NCBI RefSeq assembly: GCF_009914755.1
Contig: NC_060936.1
DNA: 64,000 nt
Source of the DNA: the human T2T-CHM13v2.0 reference genome, Homo sapiens
Reading direction: 5' to 3' (one strand)
Shown here in pieces: positions 24,894 to 38,725 of the stretch. Position numbers and translations under genes: made by a program. A model generated the notes under the pieces. It ran no database searches and had not been told where the DNA came from. It worked only from the letters and a program-made list of their open reading frames with translations. The stretch's first letter is position 1, and the number at the start of each line of letters is the position of its first letter.

Positions 24894-25715
24894 TGCCAAC
24901 CTAAAAGGAAGAAGCGGAGGCACAAAATATAATTTATAGAATTTATTTGAGCCAAAGTGAGGACGGCTGCCCAGAAGATTCAGAGCCAAGTAACCTTGGA
25001 TATGAGCTCCATTTGTCCTTTGTTACATGAAGATTTTTTCAGGCAAAAAAAAAAAAAAAAAAAAAAGACGGAAGAGGACAGGGAGTAGGCTGATATGAAG
25101 TGATCAAGAATTTTCATTGGTTTACAGAAATAACATTGATTCATGATTGGCTATTGATATGGTTTGGCTTTGTGTCCCCACCCAAATCTCATCTTGTAGC
25201 TCCAATAATTTCCATGTGTTATAGGAGGGACTCAATGGGAGTTGATTGAATTATGGGGGTGGGTCTTTCCTGTGCCATTCTCGTGATAGTGAATGGGTGT
25301 CATGAGATCTAATGGTTTCAAAAACAGGAGTTGCCCTGCACAAACTCCCTTTTTGCCTGCTGCCATCCATGTAAGATGTGGATGGCATCTCCTTGCCTTC
25401 TGTCATAATTGTGAGGCCTCCCTAGCCATATGGAACTGTTAAGTCCAATAAGACTCTTTGTTTGGTAAATTGTCCAGTCTTAGGTATGTCTTTATCAGCA
25501 GTGTGAAAAGGGACTGATACAGCTACACATTATTAAGCTATAGAGCAGCATTATTAGGTTAATTCATAGCTATTTGTGGCAATAGCAAGAAGTTTCAATA
25601 GATGAATACGTAGCTTAGAAGGGCAGAAGTAGGACTGTCTCATTTTAATGCCTCTCTGGACCTGATAATTTGAAAGGGCTTACATTTCTCAGATAAAAAT
25701 TCTTTTCTTTTCTTA
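24894..25715 (-). mobile_element. Solo LTR (LTR47-like), interrupted by THE1
   Basis: TGCCAACCTAAAAGGAAGAAGCGGAGGCACAAAATATAA...CTCAGATAAAAATTCTTTTCTTTTCTTA; TSD GGAG at 24890-24893 and 25716-25719. Confidence 0.65.
25155..25521 (+). mobile_element. THE1A-like MaLR solo LTR
   Basis: TGATATGGTTTGGC...CCCACCCAAATCTCATCTTGTAGCTCC...GGACTGATACA; TSD GCTAT/GCTAC. Confidence 0.9.
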
Positions 25716-26948
25716 GGAGAAAACATTTGGAGTAGAGGAACTAACAAGGACAAATTTCTGGGTGAGAACATGATAATATGTTAGTGAAGGAGAAAAGAAA
25801 ACTAATGTGGCTATAGAGAAAAAATAAGGGGCAGCTTGGAATGGGATAAGGCTGGCAAGATAGGTGGAAGCTGAACAATGCAAGACCTTGCATGTCTTGT
25901 AAAGGACTTATTCTAAAAGCAAAGAAAAGCTATTGAAAAGTTGAAAGAGGAGGTGGATGTGATTATTAGACCTACATTCCAGAAAGATCACTCCAGCTGT
26001 AGCAAAATAAGAGATGGGAATATTTTGGTCTTAGTAGGGGGCAGATAGCTGAGGAAATAACAAGGGAGAGAGATGTAGGTAGTCCAGGTGGCTGAAGTCG
26101 TGTAAATGTCAAATGATGGCAACTTGGAGAATGGTGGTGGCAATATAGATGGATAGATGGAAGAAGGCTCAAAAGATATATAAGATGGAAAATAATGTGC
26201 CACCATAAAGTACTAGATATGGAGGCTGCCTGTGAAAAGATAGGTAGCACTTGGAAAGATTACATTTTCCTTTAATTCATCTTCCAATGTGTTGAATTTT
26301 TCAGACCCCCAAGAGAAGAAGCCAGGTAAACTTGTTATTTACTTTGGAACTTAAAGAACAGGCCTGGATCAGATATACAAATTGGAGTCACCTAGTCAAC
26401 TTCCTTTGCGTGGTAAATAAACCGCAGGCATAGGTGTAATTGGATTGAGAGTGTATATATAGTGAGAGGCTAAGAGTGGAATTAGAGCCAAGCTTTGAAG
26501 AGCTTCACTTTGAATAGCTTCAAATTTAGTAACAGATAGAGAAGAATTAGTTTGAAAAGGCTTATATATATATATATATACGAGAGATATTTTTCAAATT
26601 TGTGCTCTCATACCAGAATGAACTACAAATAATAGTCTATTAATTTAAGCCTGAATGTCCACAAAATTATAAATACTATGAGGCTATACCTTTTGACTGA
26701 TTCCAATATCAACATTCTGTGTCTTCTCATTGAGATGTGGACTGGATCTCAGTCTTTTCAGAAAATAGCTTTTTTCCTTGCTTTCTGCAAGTTTTCAATC
26801 ATAGTCCTTTGTTTGCTTTCTTATTTTTTATCACAGACATTTGCAGAAATAATTTCTGTACCTAACGAGCTATTCTTTTGTCTTGTAAAACTATACTTAT
26901 TTTAAAATATCTTCAATTCCAACCTTTCGGTCATTATAAGAAAAGACA

Positions 26949-27312
<364 letters not shown>

Positions 27313-27960
27313 TCATTTTTCTGCTTCTCTCTTCCAAGGGATTTTACAGACCTCATTTTCCTTAGAGGGTTATACCAAGAAATTCCCTTCTGTACTGTTG
27401 CCCAGAAATAAACAAAACAAAAGAAAACAAAAGTAGTGGGTTCAAGCAACAGCAAGTATAAAGTTTTAAGCCAAAAAAGGGCTAGAGCCTTTTGGAATGT
27501 AAATTGCATATCAATCATGATAGATATTCTTCACTGAATTGCCTGAAAGAATTTTTTGTCATGCAGTGGTTGCTTATGCCTTAGTTTACAACAATTTGCA
27601 GCTAGTTATGCCAACCTTCCCACAAAGAATCCTTGGTATGCAGAGTTCCTTTCTTATTAACAGACAAATTTATTACTTTCTTCAACAGTTGGGCTGCTCA
27701 TTGCCTCTCATTATGTAAGAATACAGATTGGCTGCTTACTCAACCTGGGATAAACAGACCTCAAAGCATTTTTCCATTTAAATGGGAGCCCTAGTTTTAT
27801 GAAAGTGTGATGTTTTGAACTAGAACAAAGAACTAGAACTAGAACAGAGGGTCAACTCTGAGTTGGTAATATGTTACTTGTCCCTAAACACATTAAGAAC
27901 ATCTGTTACAAAAGGTACCGCTGTTTTATGAAATCTTCATTTCAGGCCTAATAATTAGAA

Positions 27961-28800
<840 letters not shown>

Positions 28801-29375
28801 GGGCAAAAACTACACAAATATTTGGGTCAGATCAGCAAAGATCCTATCTTGACTTGTAGCTTTCTGCCCCTCATTTAAGCAGTGCAGGTGCAAAATTTAA
28901 TGCGACTATGATTCTCAAAATATTCCTGACCAAATTCATTGGTCTCTCATGGTCACACTGTAGTTTTAAAACTAAAAACAATACTATGACCTTGATCCAT
29001 GTATTTTTTCTAAATATAGTGTCCAACCCTCTCTTTTCTTTAAATTCTTGCCACATGCATGATATATTTTACAAAGTACACGCAATTTTTTCATGGATAT
29101 GTTGATTACAGCATTCTAAAAATTATCAATTGAATCAAAAATTAAAAATTATTTTAGCTTTGGGTAGTTTTTGTAAGTGACTCAGCTATAAAAAACAGGT
29201 AAAGATGCTATTAAAATTTTCACAAACAAAAGAGAAAGCACAAATTGAAAATAAAGACACATTAATATGCTCTAAAATACAAACATAACGATTAAATATT
29301 ATTATAACAGAAGTAATTTTACCCTAGGCAATTTGACAGATACTGCCCATACTATGAAACTTCTGGGAACCTCAT

Positions 29376-29799
29376 TGTGATGGTAATATTGAGTGTCAAC
29401 TTGATTGGATTGAAGGATGCAAAGTATTGATCTTGGGTGTGTCTGTGAGGGTGTTGCCAAAGGAGGTTAATATTTGAGTCAGTGGGCTGGGAAAGGCAGA
29501 CCCATCCCTAATCTGGGTGGGCACCACCTAATCAGTTGCCAGCATGGCCTGGATATAAAGCAGGCAGAAAAACGTGAAAAGGCTAGATTGGCATAGCCTC
29601 CAAGCCTACATCCTTCTCCCATGCCGGATGCTTCCTGCTTCAAACATTGGACTCTAAGTTCTTCAGGTTGAGACTTGGACTGGCTTCCTTGTTCTTCAGC
29701 TTGCAGACAGCCTATTGATCATGTGAGTTAATACTCCTAATAAACATATGTATATATATCCTATCAGTTCTGTGTCTTTTGAGAACCCTGATTAATACA
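29376..29799 (+). repeat. MLT2A 5' LTR
   Basis: TGTGATGGTAATATTGAGTGTCAACTTGATTGGATTGAAGG...GAGAACCCTGATTAATACA. Confidence 0.93.
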
Positions 29800-29804
29800 G
29801 ATTT

Positions 29805-29822
29805 GGGTACCAGGAGTGGTTC
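29805..29822 (+). promoter_or_regulatory. Primer binding site, tRNA-Leu
   Basis: GGTACCAGGAGTGG just after the LTR, complementary to the tRNA-Leu 3' end used by ERV-L. Confidence 0.8.
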
Positions 29823-29859
29823 TAGAGGAATAGAATATTAAGGATGGAGTTCTTTTGTT

Positions 29860-31580
29860 GGTTTTGGGGCTTCTGGAGTTGGCTGCTCAATATGATTAGA
29901 CCCAGAATTGCTAGGGACTCTACTTCTAATACTATAGAGAACACTGATAGTCCTTGCCATGAACTGTTTAGAGAGTTATGCAAAATAAATGCATTTGACA
30001 CCCCTGATTGACCACACATAAGAGGCAAGGAGTTTAGTGACTCTATACACAATACCTTTGACCATATGTAGAGAACCAAGGAACATAATGAAGCTGGTTG
30101 GTTGCTCCTAAGTTTAGTGGACAAAGTGATGAAAGAAAATGATGAACTCAGGGATTCCAACTCCTAGATTTAGAAGCAGATACTGAACCTCAAATCTACT
30201 AAGATTGCCCTGAGTGAGAGTCTCATCTCCTGTAGAGAAAGAGCTGAAACTGTGGAAAAACAGACACCAGCTCTTATCACGCGAGTGGCTGACCTGCAAC
30301 CAAAGGTGCCTGCACAGCCTCGCCAGGTGTCTACTGTTAAAGTGAGGGCATTGATTGGAAAAGAATGGGACTGTGCACTTTGGAATGGGGACATGTGGGA
30401 GGACCCTGATGAAGCTAGGGACACTGAGCTTGTAAACTCTGATGAATCATTTTTGCCTGAAGAAACAGCTTCCCCATCCCCAATGGTGGCAACATCCCCT
30501 CCCCGACCCATGCTGCCAAGAGCCTTTTCATCTTTGTCTGAGGAAAAAAAAACCCTGCACTGCCTGAGGCAACAGTGATGGCCTCTTCTGAGGCAGTTGC
30601 CAGGCAAGATAATGTTGACTTTCCACAGGAGCCACCCCCAACATCCCTGTTTGCTTCTAGGCCAATAACTAGACTAAAGTCCCGGCAGACCTTTAGAGGT
30701 GAGGTTCAGGGTGTGACCCATAAGGAGGCGTGCAACACTCAAAAAGAACTGCTTGAGTTTTCTAATTTATATAAGCAGCAATTTGGAGAACAGACATGGG
30801 GATGTATATTAATGGTGTGGGAAAATGGTGTAAGGAACATAGAGTTCAATCAGGATGAATTTATTGGCTTGGGTACACCAAGTAGAGACTCTGCATTTAA
30901 TGTTGCAGCTTGGGGAGATAAAAAAAGATTCTAATTGTTTTCTTGCTTGGTTAACCGAAATACATGTTAAAAGATGGCCCACTGTAAGCGAGCTGGAAAT
31001 GCTCCCTTGGTCTAATGTAGAGGAAGGGATCCAAAGGCTTAGGGAGATTGGGATGGTGGAGTGGATTAGTCACTGTAGACCTACTCATCCCAGCTGGGAG
31101 GGTCCAGAAGATATACTCTTGACCAGTGTTTTGCAAAATAGATTTGTGAGGGCAGCACCTGCATCTTTGAAAAGCCCATAATTCCTCTTCTCTGTATGTC
31201 AGATCTAACAGTGGGAACCGCAGTCACTAACTAAAAAATTTAAATACATTGGGAATAATTGGATCCTGACATGACAGGGGCCAAGTAGTGGCACTCTGTC
31301 AAAGGTAAGGTGGGCATAGCTACCGTAATGGACAGCAGAGGCAAAGCAGCAATCAGCATAGTCTGACTAGTGTAGATCTCTGGCATTGGCTAATGAATCA
31401 TGGTGTTCCCAGAAGTGAAATTAATAGGAAATCTATTTCATTCCTACTTCATTTATATAAGCAGAAAACTTCCAGGTCAAATGGACAAAAGACCAATTTG
31501 AATTATAAAAACATAATCACACCCTCATCAACCAGTTTCCATATTTCAGCCAGTTTATAGACCCAGAACCCCTTGAATGA
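29860..31580 (+). pseudogene. gag: HERV-L gag, disrupted
   Basis: ORF fragments VRALIGKEWD..WNGDMWEDP, RPITRLKS, WPTVSELEM, EEGIQRLREIGM; stops and frameshifts. Confidence 0.85.
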
Positions 31581-31598
31581 AGATGAGGGTGGGTCCCC

Positions 31599-34192
31599 TT
31601 GAAGAAGAATCCCACTACACTACTGACAATTTATGCTGTTAATCTTTCTCCCATCCTTCCCCAAGTAGACCTCCCACCTTTTACCATGGTAACAGTGCAC
31701 TGGGGAAAGGGAAATGATCAGATATTTTGGGGACTACTGAATACTGGCTCTGAGCTGATCTTGATGCCAGGGAACCCAAAAAATCATTGTGATCCACCAT
31801 TTAAAGTAGGGGCTTATGGAGGTCAGGTAATTAATGAAGTTTTAGCTCAGGTTTGACGTACGGTGGGTCCAGAGGGTCCCCCAACTCATCCTGTGGTGAT
31901 TTCCCCAGTGCCATATTGCATAATTGGCATAGACATACTTAGCAGCTGGCAGAACCCCCACATTGGCTCCTTGACTGGTAGGTTGAGGCTACCATGTTAG
32001 GAAAGGCCAAATGGAAGCCATTAGAAGTGCCTCTACCTAGAGAAATAGTAAATCAAAAACAATATCTCATCCCTTGAGGGACTGTGGAGATTAGTGCCAC
32101 CAGGACCTGAAAGATGTAGGGGTGGTGATTCCCACTACATCCCGGTTCAACTCTCCTATTCGGACTGTGCAGAAGAGAGATGGACCTAGGAGAATGACAG
32201 CGGATTATCATAAGCTTACCCAAGTGGTGACTCCAATTGCAGCTGCTGTACCAGATATGGTTTCATTGCTTGAGCAAATTAACAAATCTCCCGGTACCTT
32301 GATGTGCAGCCATTGACTTGGCAAATGCCTTTTTCTCCATTCCTGTCCATAAAGCCCACCAGAAGCAATTTGCCTTCAGCTGGCAAAGCCAGCAATATAC
32401 CTTTACTGTCCTACCTAATGGGTATATCAACTCTCCAGCTTTGTATCATAATCTTATTCAAAGAGGCCTTGATTGCTTTTTGCTTCGACAAGATATCACC
32501 CTGGTCCATTATATTGATTACATTATGCTGATTGGATCCAGTGAGCAAGAAGTAGCAAACATACTGGACTTATTGGTGAGACATTTGCATGCCAGAGGAT
32601 GGGAAATAAATCCAACTAAAATGCAGGGACTTACCTCGTAAAATATCTAGGGGTTCAGTCATGTGGGGCCTGTCAATATATCCTTCTAAGGTACAGGATA
32701 AGTTGCTGCATTTCACCCCTCCTACAACCAAGAAAGAGGCACAATGCCTAGTGGGCCTATTTGGATTTTGGAGGCAACACATTCCTCATTTGGGTGTGTT
32801 ACTCCCACCCATTTATTGAATGACCTGAAAGGCTGCCAGTTTTGAGCAGGGTCAACAGAAGAAGGCTCTGCAACAAGTCCAGGCTGCTGTGCAAGCTGCT
32901 CTGCCACTTGGGCCATATGACACAATGTTACTTGAAGTGTCAGTGGTAGATAGGGATGCTGTTTGAAGTCTTTGGCAGGTCCCCATAGGCAAATCACAGC
33001 AGAGGCCTCTAGGATTTTGGAGCAAGGGCCTGCCATCTTCTGCAGATTACTAAAATATTTTTAAGAGACAGCTCTTGGCCTGTTACTAGGCTTTGGTGGA
33101 AAGTGAATGTTTGACTATGGGTCATCAAGTCACCCTGTGACCTGAACTGCCTATCATGAACTGGGTGCTTTCTCACCTGTCTAGCCATAAAATGGGTCAT
33201 GTACAGCAACATTCCATCATCAAATGGAAGTGGTATATACATGATCAGGCTCAAGTAGGTCCTGAAGGCACAAGTAAGTTACATGAGGAAGTGGCTCAAA
33301 TGCCCAAGGTCCCCACTCCTGCCACCCTGCCTTCTCTCCCACGGTATGCACCGATGGCCTCATGGGGAGTTCCCTATGAGGAGTTAACAGACGAAGAGTA
33401 GACTAGGGCCAGGTTCACAGATGGTTCTGCATGATATGCAAGCCCCACCCAAAAGTGGAGAGCTGCAGCACTACTGTCCCTTTCTAGGACATTCCTGAAA
33501 GACACTGGTAGAGGGAAATCTTCCCAGTGGGCAGCACTTTGAGCAGTGCACCTGTCTGTGCACTTTGCATGGAAGGAGAAATGGCCAGATATGCGATTAT
33601 ATACTGATTCATGGGCTGTAGCCAATGGTTTGGCTGGATGGTCAGGGACTCTGAAGAAGCATGATTGGAAAATTGGTGACAAAGAAATTTGGGGAAGAAG
33701 TATGTGGATTGACCTCTCTCAGTGGTCAAAAACTGAAGATATTTGTATCTCATGTTCACCAATAGGTGAACTCAGCAGAGGAGGATTTTAGTAATCAAGT
33801 GGATAGGATGACCCATTTGCTGGACACCACTCAGCCTCTTTCTCAGCCAACCCTGTCATCGCCCAATGGGCCCATGAACAAAGTGGCCCTCGTGGCAGGG
33901 ATGGAGGTTATGCATGGCCTCAGCAACATGGACTTACACTCACCAAGACTGACCTGGCTACAGCCACTGCTGAGTGCCCAATTTGAAAGCAGCAGAGACC
34001 AACACTGAGCCCTCCATATGGCACCATTTCTTGGGGTGATCACCCAACTACCTGGTGGCAGGTTGATTATTTTGGACATCTTATGTCATAAAAAAGGCAG
34101 AGGTTTGTCCTCACTGGAATAGACACTTACTCCAGTTATGGGTTTGCCTATCCTTTACACAATGGTACCTCCAAGACTACCATCCATGGACT
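31599..34192 (+). pseudogene. pol: HERV-L pro-pol (protease, RT, RNase H, N-terminal integrase), disrupted
   Basis: LLNTGSEL (degenerate DTG), FNSP, DLANAFFSIP, LPNGYINSP, HYIDY (degenerate YIDD), LYTDSWAVANGL, WWQVDY. Confidence 0.9.
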
Positions 34193-34329
34193 TTCTGTTT
34201 CTCTAGAGAACACTGACTAATATACTCATAAAATTTCAGTTTACATTACCTGAATATATTCCCAATCAGAATTAGACTTTTAGTGGAATAAACATTTAAA
34301 TTAATAATTTTCTCCATTCATGGCTTCTT

Positions 34330-34732
34330 ACCCCAGGTCACATTCATTTTCTACCTGCTGCTGCACAGCAGTGTGCTTCTGCAGTTTGAAGTCTGCAGAC
34401 TGCAGGATCTTTTGACACTGACTTCCAGCTGGGCATCAGAAGACACCAGCAGGTGATTAGATGATGTCTCCCCTGCATGTGCATTGCCTCCTCAGCTCTG
34501 GCTCCTGCTCCCTGGTCCATTCCCAGGGCTCCAACTCTCATAGTTTCCAGTAACACTCATCCATTTCCTGCCCTTGTCCTTTCAGGCCAAGGGTGTTCAT
34601 GGCTTCCACAAGTCCCTTAGGCTTCACCATCCCTTGGTTTACTTCCCCGTACACTCACCTCTCTAAATACTTTAGTCATTAAACTTTCATCAGCTAATCA
34701 TTTTGAGCCTGCCATCTGTTTTCTGCCTGACA
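34330..34732 (+). mobile_element. LTR33-like ERVL LTR fragment
   Basis: CCTTTCAGGCCAAGGG...ATTAAACTTTCATCAGCTAATCATTTTGAGCCTGCCATCTGTTTTCTG; opposite orientation to the 23246 element. Confidence 0.5.
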
Positions 34733-35494
34733 AGGTATGTGTCACATCAATATTACATATGAACTGAGTTCAAGTTCCTGTCTTAGATGATTGGGGATAT
34801 TGACATTATGTTTTAAAATAGATTTTAAAATCCTTTGTCTTCAAAGACAGTGAAATATAGCTTCACAGGTATCTTGTCTCTTTATAAACACATATTAATA
34901 AAATTTTCAAACATGCAGAATAGTACAGTAAAATAAACTCAATGATCTCCATCATTTAGCTTCAAAAATAGAATTTTGCTGTGCTTGTTTCAAAGTATTT
35001 TCCTTAACTTTTAAAATAATTGTATTGAATATTCACAAATTATAATTGTTTATATTTATAGGGTACAAAGTTATGCTACAATATATTTATATAATGTGGA
35101 ATAATTGAATCAGGCTAATTAGCAAATCTATCACCTCAAGTACTAATTGTTTATTCCTCCCATGTAACTGAAACATTGTACCTTTTGAGAAAGGTCTCCC
35201 CATTTCCCCCATCCCCCAGCCTCTCAAAAACACCATTGTGCTCTCTGCTTCTGTAAATTTGAATGTTTTGGTTTTGACATAAGAAAGAACATCCAGTATT
35301 TGTCTTTCTGAATCTCCAGATTCATCCATATGTCTCAAATGGCAAGATTCCTTTTTATTTTTATTATACTTTAAGTTCTGGGATACATGTAAAGAACATG
35401 CAGGTTTGTTACATAGGTATACACGTGCCATGGTGGTTTGTGGCACCCATCAACCCATCATCTACATTACATATTTCTCCTAATGCTAGCCCTT

Positions 35495-36056
35495 TGAGAG
35501 GTAAAGCCAGCTGGACTCCCTGGGTCGAGTGGGGACTTGGAGAACTTTTCTGTCTTATAAGAGGATTGTAAAATGAACCAATCAGCACTCTGTAGCTAGC
35601 AAGGGGATTGTAAAATGCACCAATCAGTGCTCTGTAAAAACACACCAGTCAGTGCTCTGTAGCTAGCAAGAGGATTGTAAAATGCACCAATCAGCACTCT
35701 GTAAAATGCACCAATCAGTGCTCTGTAAAACACACCAATCAGGAGGGTCCTAAAAGTAGCCAATCACAGGGAGGATTGAAAAAAGGGCACTCTGATAGGC
35801 CAGACAGAAATGCTGAACATGGGAGGGGACAAATAAGGGAATAAAAGCTGGCCACCCCAGCCAGCAGCGCCAACCCGCTTTTGTCCCCTTCCAGGCTGTG
35901 GAAGCTTTGTTCTTTTGCTCTTCACAATAAACCTTGCTACCACTCACACTTTGGGTCCATGACATCTTTAAGAGCTGTAACACTGCAAAGGTCTGCGCCT
36001 TCATTCTTGAAGTCAGCGAGACCAAGCACCCCCACCAGGAACCGACTCTGGACATA
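35495..36056 (+). repeat. 5' LTR12-type LTR
   Basis: TGAGAGGTAAAGCCAGCTGG start, tandem CCAATCAG(C/T)RCTCTGT units, GGGAATAAAAG TATA-like box, CAATAAA poly(A) signal. Confidence 0.92.
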
Positions 36057-36059
36057 TCT

Positions 36060-36077
36060 TGGGGGCTCGTCCAGGAT
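36060..36077 (+). promoter_or_regulatory. Primer binding site, tRNA-Pro
   Basis: TGGGGGCTCGTCCAGGAT, 17/18 match to the MLV-type Pro PBS TGGGGGCTCGTCCGGGAT; splice donor GTGAGT follows at 36089. Confidence 0.88.
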
Positions 36078-37261
36078 AGCACCATGTGGTGAGTACCATC
36101 AGACCCCTTTCGCTTGCTATTCTGTCCTATTTTTTCTTAGAATTCAGGGGTAAACACCGGGCATCTGTCGGCCAGTTAAAAGCGACTAGCACAGCTGCCA
36201 GACTAAAGACATTGGTGTCAGGCTTTCTGGGAAAGGGCTTTCTAACAACCCCCAACTCTTTGGAATCGGGAGTGTTGGTTTGCCTGGAACCACTTTTCCT
36301 GCACTTCCGAGCTGATACGAATGAGGGTCAACAGAGAGGAAAGCCATTCATCTCCGGGGTCCCAAAAAAAGTTGGTTGAGCCTGTAGCCATAAGCAGAAC
36401 TCTCAGAGTTATATTGCACAAGCGAGACTCGCCCATCTATCCTATCTATCCTGACCCTTGCCTCCTGGGTCCTAACACCTGTCAGACAAACTTTCTCCCA
36501 CCTCTCTTCTCTGAGGCTAGTCCTGCTTCTAAAAACCAGTCCCTGACCCTGGTGCTCTTCTAGTTTCTTCTATAAGAATGATTTCTAGTATAAATTTCAA
36601 GACTCTGTTCCCTTCTTTAGGCACCTGAGCTCGCCAATCAGAAAGACATAATTTTAGCCCAAAGCCTCATCAGGGCAGGACTATCTGGAATTTTAGGATC
36701 CCTCCTCAGACTAGCAGGCCTAACAAAGTCTATTCCCAAAGCTAGGATATGGGGAGCCTCAGAAATTATAGACTTCAAAATTGGGGGGATAGCTTTCCAA
36801 TTCACATGATGAGAAGTGAGGACAAAAGGTGTCACTCTTCCAACCCTGGAGATCCCTTCCCTCTCAAGGTATGGCCCTCCACTCCATTTTGAGGCATATC
36901 ATCTTTATAGGACAAGGGTAAGGTGCCAATACCAACAGGAGAAAATGCTTAGGACTCTAACAGGTTTCAAGAATGCGTTGGTAAGGCCTACTAAATCCCT
37001 AAATCTGATTTTTCTCAGTCCTCTGTGTCTAAGAGGAAAGGCAAGGGTACAGGTTTTCAAGAAGCATCAGTAGGGGCCACTAAATCTGACCTTCCTCAGT
37101 CCTGTTTGTGGTCTAGGAGGAAAACTAGTGTTTCTGCTGCTGCTTCGGTGAGTGCAACTATTCTGAACAGCAGGGTCTAGGGATGGTTGTGGGTTCTTGG
37201 GCAGGAAACAAACAAACAAACAAACAAACAAATTAAAAGCATGGGCTGTTTTTTCTTTCAG

Positions 37262-38725
37262 ACGGGAAACACTCAGGCATCAACATGTTCACCCTTGAAA
37301 TGCATCCTAAGCCATTGGGACCAATTTGACCCACAAACCCTGAAAAAGAAGCAGCTTATTTTTTTCTATACTATAGCCTGGCCCCAATATTCTCTCTCTG
37401 ATGGGGAAAAATGGCCACCTAAGGGAAGTATAAATTACAATACTATCCTGCAGCTTGACTTTTTCTATAAGAGGGAAGGCAAATGGAATGAAATACCTTA
37501 TGCCCAAGCTTTTTTTCATTGAAGGATAATCCACAACTAACTATGCAAATCTTGCAATTTACATTCCATAGGAGGACCTCTCAGCTTACCTCCTTATCTT
37601 AACCTCCCTACAGCTCCCTTTCCTATTAATGATAAGCCTCCTCTAATCTCCCCTGCCCAGAAGGAAACAAGCAAAGAAATCTCCAAGGGACCACAAAAAC
37701 TGCTGGACTATCAGTTATGTCCCCTTCAAGCTGTAGGGGGAGGGGAATTTAGCCCAACCCAGGTACATGTCCCCTTCTCCCTCTCTGATTTAAAGCAGAT
37801 CAAGTCAGACCTGGGGAAGTTTTCAGATGATCCTGATAGGTACACAGATGTCCTACAGGGTCTAGGGCAAATCTTTGACCTCACTTGGAGAGATGTCATG
37901 CTTTTGTTAGATCAAGCCCTGGCCTTTAATGAAAAGAATGTGGCTTTAGCTGCAGCCTGAGAGTTTGGAGATACCTGGTATCTTAGTCAAGTAAATGATA
38001 GAATGACAACTGAAGAAAGGGACAAATTCCCTACCAGTCTGCAAGCCGTCCCCAGTATGGATCCCCACTGGGACCTAGACTCAGATCATGGGGACTGGAG
38101 TCACAAACATCTGTTGACCTGTGTTCTAGAAGGACTAAGGAGAATTAGGACAAAGCCCATGAATTATTCAATGACGTCCACCATAACTCAAGGAAAGGAA
38201 GAAAATCCTTCCACCTTCCTTGAGTGGCTACAGGAGGCCTTAAGAAAATATGCTGCCCTGTCACCTGACTCCCTTGAAAGTCAATTGATCCTAAAAGATA
38301 AGTTCATTATCCAATCAGCTGCAGATATCAGGAGAAAGCTCCAAAAGCAAGCCCTGGGCCCTGAACAAAATCTGGAGGCATTATTAAACCTGGCATCCTT
38401 GGTGTTCTATAATAGGGACCAAGAGGAACAGGCTGAAAAGGAAAAGGTAGATAAGAGAAAGGCCACAGCCTTAGTCATGGCCCTCAGGCAAACAAACCTT
38501 GGTGGTTCAGAGGGGACAGAAAATGGAGCAGGCCAGTCACCTGGTAGGGCTTGTTATCAGTGTGGTTTGCAAGGACACTTTAAAAAAGATTGTCCAACGA
38601 GAAACAAGCTGACCCCTTGCCCACGTCCACAATGCCAAGGCAATTACTGGAAGGTGCACTGCCCCAGAGGACAAAGGTTCTCTGGGTCAGAAGCCCCCAA
38701 CCAGATGATCCAACAACAGGACTGA
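37262..38725 (+). pseudogene. gag: HERV9 gag, disrupted (240-aa open C-terminal part 38003-38725)
   Basis: Start codon reads ACG before GNTQAST; [14 protein letters not shown]; major homology region QGKEENPSTFLEWLQEAL; zinc knuckle CYQCGLQGHFKKDC. Confidence 0.92.

Larger units (their letters stand above)
24580..26520 (-). mobile_element. L2 relic (begins ~23225), interrupted by four LTRs
   Basis: GAATGCCTAC|TATGTTCCTGG split motif; GGAAAGGTCTCACTAAGGAAGTGATATTTGAACAAAGA; GAAAGATCACTCCAGCTG. Confidence 0.7.
29376..34224 (+). mobile_element. HERV-L provirus (MLT2A LTR), 3'-internally deleted
   Basis: 5' LTR, Leu PBS, gag-pro-pol relics, 32-bp 3' LTR remnant, TSD CTCAT at 29371-29375 and 34225-34229. 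Confidence 0.95.

Noticed and set aside
35570-35745. Regularly spaced CCAATCAG repeats resembling a CRISPR array
   Set aside because: They are the LTR12 U3 tandem repeats, with non-unique spacers, in eukaryotic DNA.
36950-37130. Imperfect tandem duplication in the proviral leader
   Set aside because: Appears to be a normal feature of HERV9/HERV-W pre-gag leaders.
38003-38725. 240-aa open gag ORF as a domesticated capsid gene
   Set aside because: Upstream gag has a lost start codon, stops and frameshifts, the second zinc knuckle is degenerate, and an open stretch of this size is expected in a moderately aged provirus.
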